From the NCBI GenBank assembly GCA_964510585.1, contig CAZECW010000032.1:1-24233 (forward strand): DNA of 24,233 bases, read 5' to 3'. This document shows, piece after piece, positions 8,656-15,849 of this stretch. This DNA is from an uncultured archaeon (lineage in GTDB: Archaea > Asgardarchaeota > Jordiarchaeia > Jordiarchaeales > Jordiarchaeaceae). Made by a program: the position numbers and the translations under genes. How positions within the stretch are numbered: the stretch's first letter is position 1; each line of letters begins with the position of its first letter. A model generated the notes under the pieces. That model did no database searches and had not been told where the DNA came from. It saw only the letters and a program-made list of their open reading frames with translations.

Positions 8656-9423
8656 TTATGGTTCCCTTTTTATTTCTTGAACAATTCTTGTTAGTATTTC
8701 TGAGGCGTTTCCATTGATTACTATGTCAGAGTTTTCGTCGAACCAGGTTTTTTCTAGGTTAATTATGGCTACTTTTTTTCCTCGTTTTTTGACCATTTCT
8801 GGGAAGCTTCCTGATGGCTCCACGAGGAGTGTTGAGCCCACCACTATTAAAAGGTCGCATTCATCGAGTTCGTGTAGGCACTGTTGGTAGAGCTGTTGGG
8901 GAATTTCCTCAAAGAATAGTGTGGCGTCAGGCTTTAATATGTGGCCGCACCACATACATCTGGGCACTAGGGAGCACATGGGAACCATCTGGGTCATAAC
9001 ATATTCAAAAGAGTACTTTCTTCCGCAGTTGACGCACACCGATCTCCAAGCAGTTCCATGCAGCTCTATTACGTTCCTACTGCCCGCCTTTTGGTGTAGC
9101 CCATCAATGTTTTGAGTAATGATGCAGGATACATACCCCAGTTTCTCCAGTTCTGCTAATGATTGGTGTACAGGGTTGGGCTCCGCCCGCAGGAGGGGAC
9201 CAGCAAATTGGGCGGCGAAGAACCAGAACTGGTGGGGCTTTAGCACAAAGCTACTGGCAGTTGATATTTCCGGGTCATACTTTTTCCAAGTTCCCTCCGG
9301 TCCCCTAAAATCGGGAATACCACTCTCAACAGAGGCTCCTGCACCCGTTAAAACAACACACTTACTTGACTGTCTCAGCAGCTTAACCAGTTCCTGTACC
9401 TTACCGTCTAAATCTTGAGTCAA
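8656..9423 (-). CDS. cobB: NAD-dependent protein deacylase (Sir2 family)
   Basis: TGAGASVESGIPDFRG, ITQNIDGLH, ELHG catalytic His, CxxC...CxxC zinc module, IINLEKT; TTG start after GAGG. Confidence 0.93.
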   Translation of the reverse strand: MTQDLDGKVQELVKLLRQSSKCVVLTGAGASVESGIPDFRGPEGTWKKYDPEISTASSFVLKPHQFWFFAAQFAGPLLRAEPNPVHQSLAELEKLGYVSCIITQNIDGLHQKAGSRNVIELHGTAWRSVCVNCGRKYSFEYVMTQMVPMCSLVPRCMWCGHILKPDATLFFEEIPQQLYQQCLHELDECDLLIVVGSTLLVEPSGSFPEMVKKRGKKVAIINLEKTWFDENSDIVINGNASEILTRIVQEIKREP

Positions 9424-9944
9424 TTTACCTCTTCACCCAAATCGAATCAATTTGTACATCACGCTGTGACTGTTATTAGAATCGGAGTATATTCAGAATA
9501 TATATTTTTCTTGAGGATATCAGTGATTTTTATGATACTTCAGTTTACGTCTTGGTTTTTATTCCTTTTCTTATTTGCTGTGAGCTCCTACTGGCGGTGA
9601 AAACGCGTCTAGATTTGGATTTTTTGTTAATGGATAACTTGTTCCATGTTTTAAAAACAATGCTCTTTTAAAAGTTAGAGTTCTGTACATAATTAATGTT
9701 TCTATTTTTCGGGTTGATTCCAATGTTTAAAGCCACCTAAAAATCCTAAAAAAACATCATCACGCATGTAACAACACAATTCTAGAGCAAGAAACACCCA
9801 TTAAGATGATAAAAATAAGCAACCGAGGGGATAGAAGTAGAAAAGAAGTGAACAAAACGATACATCCATCGAAAAGGATAAGCCCAAAAAAGTAACAAGA
9901 GAGAAAGAGGAAACAAGAAAGAGGGAGGGCACTACAAAAATAAG

Positions 9945-10788
9945 AACAGCTGGCAATAATGCGACCAGAAACTGGCAAAAGAGGCAAGATGTATGACTCA
10001 CTAGACTCCCCAAAATTTTGGAAAAGAAACGAAAACCGTAAACCAAAAACATCATCCCTCACTAGTATCTAGAATACCCTAATGATCCTCCTAGGCTTCA
10101 CCTAAATAGTTTTAGGGTCAGCCGCAGAGAACTTGGCTTCCTCAACAAAGTCTCCGCAATTTCATACCACATGCAGATCCGAAGAGGAGTGGGAAAATGC
10201 GGAACTAAAGATAATAAAGAACATCCCACTAAACAGAGACGCAGTCATCCCCCTAAACTGCTCTAGAATAAAGTTTCCAAAAACGCGGGAAGCGGATAAA
10301 TGAAAAGGGGAAAGTGAAGAGAGGCGGCATAAAAGTCCACATAGCACTACGAGACGGAACGAAAAATGTAATACGGGTAACAGAGGAAAACGTTAAGGGT
10401 TCCCAGAAGCTCAAACCTCTCACTTAGAGGCTGGCAGAAAACATTAAGTTGAAGCAGGTGAATGTTGACGGCAAATACAAACTAGGGGAGATTTTACAAT
10501 AGATAGTATAGGGGTAAAGCCAAATATAGGATGCGGAAGGAAGCCAGCAAGGGGGGAGAGTTTTCTTGAGTAAGAAGGAGTTTTAGAAGTACAGAAAGTT
10601 TAGTTATGAGGAGTGGAGGGATAATTACTTTTACTGTCAGTGATGGTGTGGTTAATGGGACTCTCTCAACTGTGAGTAGGATTGGAAGTGTGTTCGGGCG
10701 AATTTAGAACATGTTTCAAGAGTTGGAAAAGAAGCCTCCCTTTTGCAACATTGTCTTGAAGTTCTACGCCGTAGAGGAGCTATACTAG
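9945..10788 (+). pseudogene. Decayed IS5-family (archaeal IS903/ISC1058-like) DDE transposase
   Basis: Stitching plus frames across stops and frameshifts gives ordered fragments W..QKLAKRG, LMILLGF, RRELGFL, VIPLNCSRIK (first Asp now Asn, 10256-10258), KRGGIKVHIA (KVHIA 10332-10346), VTEENV, VNVDGKY (Asp 10467), YEEWRD, STVSRI and MFQE (10711). Total span is about 280 codons. Terminal inverted repeats not identified. Confidence 0.8.
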
Positions 10789-10868
10789 CGACTGTCAGTT
10801 AAAAATAAATATGTGAAACGCTATCTCAAGCCAAAAAGGGTGTATCGTGAAAATGTAACAAAAAGTAG

Positions 10869-10876
10869 TATAAATT
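10869..10876 (+). promoter_or_regulatory. TATA box of the corrinoid protein operon
   Basis: TATAAATT preceded by a purine-rich BRE-like AAAAGTAG; spacing fits a start at 10913. Confidence 0.5.
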
Positions 10877-10912
10877 AAGAGTTTGAAAAAATCATTTCGG
10901 ATGGTGTTTATT

Positions 10913-11539
10913 TTGAATGATTTGGTGGATTTGATAGTAAGTCTCGATGAAAAGGGTGCGGTGGAACTAGTTAGGAGTATGATTGAGAAGGACGTAGACC
11001 CCTTAAAAATTTTAGAACAAGTGAGAACCGCCATGGCTAAAGTGGGAGAAAAATTTGAGAAGAATGAATTTTTTCTTCCAGACCTAATCATGTCCGGCGA
11101 GATTTTGAGACAAATAACCGAAATTGTAAAACCAAAAATCAAATCCAATGCTAATATCAAGACTTTGGGGAAGGTGGTTCTAGGGACAGTCAGTGGGGAT
11201 ATTCACGATATAGGAAAGGACATTGTGAAATTCATGCTAGACGCCAACGGTTTCGAAGTCATCGACTTAGGTGTGGATGTAGCCAAAGAAAAATTCGTGG
11301 AAAAAATCAAGGAATCGGATGCTAAAATCCTAGCCCTCAGCGGTTTCCTCACGTTGTCCTATGACTCAATGAAGGAAACCATAGCGGAAATCAAGAGAGC
11401 GGGATTAAGAGATAAGATTAAGATAATGATTGGTGGCGGACAGGTGGATGAAAACATAAGAAGGTATGTGGAGGCAGATGCCTACGGTAAAGACGCCGTA
11501 GAAGCCGTAGCATTAGCTAAGAAGTGGGCAGGTGCTTAA
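10913..11539 (+). CDS. Methyltransferase corrinoid (B12-binding) protein
   Basis: N-terminal cap domain (FFLPDLIMSGE), DIHDIGK base-off/His-on motif, LSGFLT and IGGG. Start moved from 10883 to TTG 10913 (GGTG upstream, TATA position). Confidence 0.94.
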   Translation: MNDLVDLIVSLDEKGAVELVRSMIEKDVDPLKILEQVRTAMAKVGEKFEKNEFFLPDLIMSGEILRQITEIVKPKIKSNANIKTLGKVVLGTVSGDIHDIGKDIVKFMLDANGFEVIDLGVDVAKEKFVEKIKESDAKILALSGFLTLSYDSMKETIAEIKRAGLRDKIKIMIGGGQVDENIRRYVEADAYGKDAVEAVALAKKWAGA

Positions 11540-11540
11540 A

Positions 11541-12794
11541 ATGTCAAAGACGCCTGAAGAATTGTATAAGGAGAGAGAGCAGAGGTGGAACGACACCGTA
11601 GCTCTCAAGGAGCCGGATAGGGTTCCTCTATGTCCATTCGTCAATTTTTGGCCTGCGCGTTATAAAGGGTTAAGCTTTAAGGAAGCAATGTTTGACCACC
11701 CTAGGGCTGCGAACGCCTTTAAAGAAACAGTCTTAGAATTTGATTGGGATATGGCGCCTTCAATGCTACCTATGTTTTCAGGGAACGTTTTCAAGAATTT
11801 GAAGTTAAGGATTTTAAAGGTTCCCGGAATAGACCTCCCAGATAATGTAAACTTCCAAGCCGTTGAAATAGAGCATATGAAGGCAGAAGATTACAAGGAA
11901 TTCTTTGCCAATCCCGCAGATTTTGTAATAAGAAAGTATCTTCCCAGTGTTTTCGGAATATTCGAATTCCTAAAAACAATTCCCGAAATTAATTCATTTA
12001 TGGGCTTGGGTGGAGTTTTAACAATCCCCTTGACTGCGGTTTCTCCAGATTTTGCACAGGCTATGGAGAATCTGAAAAAAGCGGGCGAGGCTCTCTTACA
12101 GTGGATGGGAGTACAAATGAGTTATGAAACAGAGATGAAAAATCTTGGCTATCCCATACAGGTGAACGCCTTTGCACAGTCCCCCTTCGACGTGGTTTCT
12201 GACTACGTGAGAGGAATGCGGGGCACAATGCTTGACATGTACCGAAATCCCGAAGAACTAAAACACTTAATACGATTAATTGAACCATACCAAGCACAGG
12301 CGGCTATATCTATGGCTAAAACTTATGGAAACCCCCGCGTTTTCATCCCCCTCCACCGCGGAGCGGGGGGATTCATGAATAACGATCAATTTGCAGAATT
12401 CTATTGGCCAAGCTTAAAAAAACTGTTGCTTGACCTTGTTGATGCGGGACTACAACCTATGCCCTTCTTTGAAGGCGATTATACCCCCCGTCTAGAGTTC
12501 TTAAAAGAGCTTCCCAAAGGAAAAATCATAGCATGGATGGACAAAGCTGACATTTTCAAGGCAAAGAAGGAAATCGGAGACAGAATCTGCCTCAAGGGAA
12601 ATATACCGGCATCACTATTCATAGCTGGAACACCCACCCAGATGGAGGAGTATTGCAAAAAACTAATCGACGAGGTAGGTGAGGGCGGAGGATTCATGAT
12701 TGATGGAGCCCTGGGCATACCTGACGAGGCAAAACCAGAAAATGTTAGAACAATGACCGAAGTAACCAAGAAATACGGTGTATACAGAAAATAA
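11541..12794 (+). CDS. Uroporphyrinogen decarboxylase (UroD/MtaA-CmuA) family protein, probable corrinoid-dependent methyltransferase
   Basis: EPDRVP N-terminal motif, PFDVVSDYVRG, FIPLHRG, QFAEFYWP, CLKGNIP and GGGFMI; starts 2 nt after the corrinoid gene stop. Confidence 0.85.
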   Translation: MSKTPEELYKEREQRWNDTVALKEPDRVPLCPFVNFWPARYKGLSFKEAMFDHPRAANAFKETVLEFDWDMAPSMLPMFSGNVFKNLKLRILKVPGIDLPDNVNFQAVEIEHMKAEDYKEFFANPADFVIRKYLPSVFGIFEFLKTIPEINSFMGLGGVLTIPLTAVSPDFAQAMENLKKAGEALLQWMGVQMSYETEMKNLGYPIQVNAFAQSPFDVVSDYVRGMRGTMLDMYRNPEELKHLIRLIEPYQAQAAISMAKTYGNPRVFIPLHRGAGGFMNNDQFAEFYWPSLKKLLLDLVDAGLQPMPFFEGDYTPRLEFLKELPKGKIIAWMDKADIFKAKKEIGDRICLKGNIPASLFIAGTPTQMEEYCKKLIDEVGEGGGFMIDGALGIPDEAKPENVRTMTEVTKKYGVYRK

Positions 12795-12810
12795 CGACTT
12801 AGCACTCACG

Positions 12811-12839
12811 ACTCCTACCCCACCACTCTTCTATTTTTT
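12811..12839 (+). terminator. C-rich plus T-tract terminator
   Basis: ACTCCTACCCCACCACTCTTCTATTTTTT after the stop at 12794. Confidence 0.5.
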
Positions 12840-13042
12840 CATAAAACTCAGACTCTACCTGTTTTAACGGTAATTTAAAGTTCAAAGTAGTCTCTTTAAA
12901 TAATAGATTTTTGAATAGTTACAACCTTTTCTTAAAATTCTGAGAAACAGTATATGTGAGGAGAAGGCAGATACCTAATATCCAATCTTTAAGATACTAA
13001 ATAATGGAAGACTTATCTACGGACGGAAGACAACTTAAGGGA

Positions 13043-13200
13043 TTGACACTTCCCTCGACTGAGGTCGGGGGGATTCTTGCACACAGCCTCCTCAACACTC
13101 GGGGATACATTCGTTTAAGCGTTCATCCCTTCACAGCTTAAGCGGCTATCTGCAATGGGTGTACCACCACCCAGTTAACGCAGCCTCCGTTGAGGTGGCC
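13043..13200 (-). ncRNA. Putative TnpB omegaRNA (reRNA)-like scaffold
   Basis: Nested complementarities upstream of the right end: CCTCAAC/GTTGAGG (13189-13195 with 13090-13096), TGGGTG/CACCCA, GGGAT/ATCCC. Position matches where TnpB guide scaffolds are encoded. Expression not shown. Confidence 0.45.
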
Positions 13201-13375
13201 TGTATTTAATATTTATTTCTGTGCTCGAATCTTCTCTGTCTGTTTCGGCTTGGAGCCTTATTTGAGCCTTTGGTCATCCAGGCCACATTCAACAGTGGGT
13301 GCCGGAGAACCCTTTAAATCTTCTGTCCATTCATTCCCGCGATTAAAGTCTGGGGCTTTCTGGGCACCTGTATTT
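13043..13375 (-). mobile_element. 333-bp non-autonomous IS200/IS605 (IS608-like) element with both ends
   Basis: Left end on minus: TTAC (13376-13379) | 16 nt | AAAG (13356-13359) CCCCAGACTTTAATCGCGGGA. Right end: GAAT (13073-13076) CCCCCCGAC-CTCA-GTCGAGGGAAGTG TCAA (13043-13046). No tnpA or tnpB ORF inside. Confidence 0.85.
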
Positions 13376-13694
13376 GTAAAATTTTCAGAATATAACCGAA
13401 TATTTTTGAATAAAGCAAAATTTTGTAATTAAAAATGGTAGTAATAAAAAAATATTGAAAATAAGTGTGTCGGGAGGGGGATTTGGTATATTTACTGTGT
13501 CTTTTAATGTTTGTTGTGTATTTTTGTAACTTTATGTTTGGAGATTGATTTTTTAAGTGTAAATGCCGATTTTAAGGTTTTAAGGGGTGGGATTGAGGCG
13601 GTCTCCACACAAATCTGAACCTGTTTGGAATAGATAACGCTAATTAATTGTATCGATGGCTTACGTTTTTGGTTGAGGTAGTGGTGCAGAGAGT

Positions 13695-14114
13695 TTAGGT
13701 TATGTCTATGATTTTTATTTTGAAGTTTAGGGTTTGCCCGGCTAGTGGGTGGTTTAAGTCAATAGTTACTTCTTCGTCTGTTACTTCTGCTATTTCTGCT
13801 GGTATTTGTGCTCCTTCTGGGGTTCTTAGTATAAGTATCATTCCCACATCTGCTTCTGGGGGAAGTTTCTCTCTTGGAATTCTTCTTAGTAACTCGGGAT
13901 CGTATTCTCCATAAGCGTCTTTTGGCTCAACGCTGAACTCTTTTTCTTCTCCTTTTTCCATCCCTATGACTGCTTGATCAAAACCCTTTATGATTCTCCC
14001 GGAACCAACTTCAAACTCTAATGGCTCCCTTCCTTCAGATGAATCAAAAATGGTTCCATCCTCTAACATTCCAGTATATTCAACTTTTACTATATCTCCT
14101 TTCTTAATTGGCAT
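13695..14114 (-). CDS. FKBP-type peptidyl-prolyl isomerase (short archaeal/SlyD-like with IF domain, no His-rich tail)
   Basis: VKVEYTGMLEDGTIFDSS, GFDQAVIGM, AYGEYD and DLNHPLAGQTLNF; AGGAG before the ATG. Confidence 0.96.
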   Translation of the reverse strand: MPIKKGDIVKVEYTGMLEDGTIFDSSEGREPLEFEVGSGRIIKGFDQAVIGMEKGEEKEFSVEPKDAYGEYDPELLRRIPREKLPPEADVGMILILRTPEGAQIPAEIAEVTDEEVTIDLNHPLAGQTLNFKIKIIDIT

Positions 14115-14420
14115 AAGTATAAACTCCTACATTTTGAAAATAAGCAAAAAAAGCGTATAGGAACGACTTTTCAGCTTATTTATAATTCAAAATAATATCT
14201 AGGACTTTTAAATGTTTTTTGTTCTTTTCCGCCCTGTTTTGGAGAAATCTGAAAAAATATTTACATGATGCTAAAATAGGAAAATAAAAAGGGGCCAAAT
14301 TTTCCTAACAAGGAGGGAGTTAGTTAATTTGCTTGTTGTAGTAATATTTATATAGTAAATAAAATTTATAACGGTGTTAACCCCTAAGGGGCATATAAGT
14401 GAAAGTTTGAGGTTGAAGTA

Positions 14421-15566
14421 ATGACCAAAAAGTGGAATATGATTATAACTGAAACGGACATTGCTGACTGGTGTGGGGCTTATATTCCAGCTCTTTTAAG
14501 GGCAAGCGCTGAGGGAAAAATTCCCGACACTGTCATATTTTATTATATAAATAAGCCGGCGGTTTTTATACAGCGTTACTGCGATGCTTTGAGAGACATA
14601 AATTACGACGCATGCATAAAGCACAACATTAAAATCACTAGGGGCCTTGCAGCGGGAGGAGGAGTGATGTATAATGAGCCCGGTACTGAGCCCGCCATGA
14701 CCATAATTTGGAACAAGGACAAGAACCCAGATTTGCCCGGAACAATAGACTTAATCTTAATGAAGTTTATGGGAACCTTCGCAGACGTTATTAGTGAGAA
14801 GTATCGGGTGCCTATGAGGTACCGACCTTTAAACGATATGGAGCTTTGGGACCCCAAAATGAAAGTGTGGAGAAAAATGATGGGAACTGGAGCATCAGGG
14901 CTTTTCAGTGCTGTGGGAATAGGGATAGCACCTCACTCAACTAAGACCACCGATCTTATAGATGAGATACTGAAAGTGCCTGCAGAAAAGTTTTCGGATA
15001 AGGTTTTAAAGGATGTAAAAACAAGAAACTGGAACTTCCAAGAAGCAGGCGTCTTTCCTAAGGGGCTAAAAGAAATCGACAGAATAAGAAAAGACTGGAT
15101 AGAAATAACCCTTCAGACACTAAAAAAGGCCTTCAACGTAGAAGTGGAAGAAGGAGAAATGCCAGAAATAGTCATGCAATATGTTAACGAATTCAAAAAG
15201 CAATTCCACTCAGAACCATGGATATTCGCCAGATCCGCTGAAAAGAAATTCCAAGAAATTCCTCCCGGAACAAGTCTGGGTAAAACTTTTATGAAGGTTA
15301 CAGCCGGACCTCTAATCAGAGCCTATGTTCTCAGAGAAGGGGACACCATAAAGGACATGATGTTTACCGGCACAATGCACATGACCCCGGCCGATGCACT
15401 AGAAAAACTTGAAAAACAACTTATAGGTCTAAAAATAGACGAGAACACAATTAGAGCCAAAGTAAAAGAGTGGGCCACCAAGGACATACAGATAGGCATG
15501 CTTGAACCCAGCCAGATCGCAGAAGTGGTCATTGGAGCATGCAAACAAAGCTACGAAAAAGCATAA
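14421..15566 (+). CDS. Divergent lipoate-protein ligase A family protein with C-terminal LplB-like domain
   Basis: PAVFI, GGGVMYNE (RRxSGGG-like), LND...RKMMG (conserved Lys region), C-terminal LIRAYV...DMMFTG...P...LEKLE..LIG. Confidence 0.75.
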   Translation: MTKKWNMIITETDIADWCGAYIPALLRASAEGKIPDTVIFYYINKPAVFIQRYCDALRDINYDACIKHNIKITRGLAAGGGVMYNEPGTEPAMTIIWNKDKNPDLPGTIDLILMKFMGTFADVISEKYRVPMRYRPLNDMELWDPKMKVWRKMMGTGASGLFSAVGIGIAPHSTKTTDLIDEILKVPAEKFSDKVLKDVKTRNWNFQEAGVFPKGLKEIDRIRKDWIEITLQTLKKAFNVEVEEGEMPEIVMQYVNEFKKQFHSEPWIFARSAEKKFQEIPPGTSLGKTFMKVTAGPLIRAYVLREGDTIKDMMFTGTMHMTPADALEKLEKQLIGLKIDENTIRAKVKEWATKDIQIGMLEPSQIAEVVIGACKQSYEKA

Positions 15567-15581
15567 AGGGGTTAAATGGTA

Positions 15582-15602
15582 ACTCCTTCTCCACTCTTTT
15601 TT
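15582..15602 (+). terminator. C-rich plus T-tract terminator
   Basis: ACTCCTTCTCCACTCTTTTTT after the stop at 15566. Confidence 0.55.
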
Positions 15603-15849
15603 ATCATCATTCATCACTTGGAAAACTGTTTTAGATTGCCCCAGTCACATACGCTCCTGCGAAAAATTTTTTGACAGAAGAGGAGGCAAACAGGAGCCAA
15701 GGCCACTCAAAAATCATTTTCATCTCCCTAAATATGTATTGCCTAGAAATATGGGAGCCCTTAATTTACTCTAAAAAGCCTGTGAAAATATAGATTTAAA
15801 TACTTTGGGGGGAAATTAATTCTTCAAAATATGGAGGGAGAATATCCAT

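Noticed and set aside
9415-9600. 61-aa plus-strand ORF divergent from the sirtuin
   Set aside because: Overlaps the sirtuin start and promoter region; its hydrophobicity is explained by T-rich DNA.
9760-10347. Hydrophobic minus-strand ORFs (9760-10062, 9801-10055, 10162-10347) resembling membrane proteins
   Set aside because: They are largely the antisense of A-rich sequence and of the plus-strand IS5 transposase relic.
11541-12794. Annotation as heme-pathway HemE or as methanogenic MtaA
   Set aside because: Coupling to a corrinoid protein argues against HemE; the H-x-C...C zinc motif of MtaA is absent and no mcr or mtaB-type genes are present.
9945-13375. Corrinoid/UroD pair as cargo of a composite transposon
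   Set aside because: The flanking elements belong to different families with different chemistry (IS5 DDE versus IS605 HUH), and no shared ends or target duplication are visible.
13190-13432. 80-aa plus-strand ORF, and a possible tnpB C-terminal remnant (ECG, D...INI) on minus
   Set aside because: The ORF lies antisense inside the miniature element. The remnant motifs are too degenerate and wrongly spaced to support a call.
13468-13485. Minus-strand CAAATCCCCCTCCCGACA resembling a tRNA T-arm and acceptor end
   Set aside because: Lacks the GTTC of the T loop, and no D arm, anticodon arm or 5' acceptor strand can be built.
8656-15566. SirTM / GcvH-L / LplA2 / macrodomain system
   Set aside because: The sirtuin has ordinary deacylase motifs, it is 5 kb from the ligase-like gene, and no macrodomain or GcvH-like gene is present.
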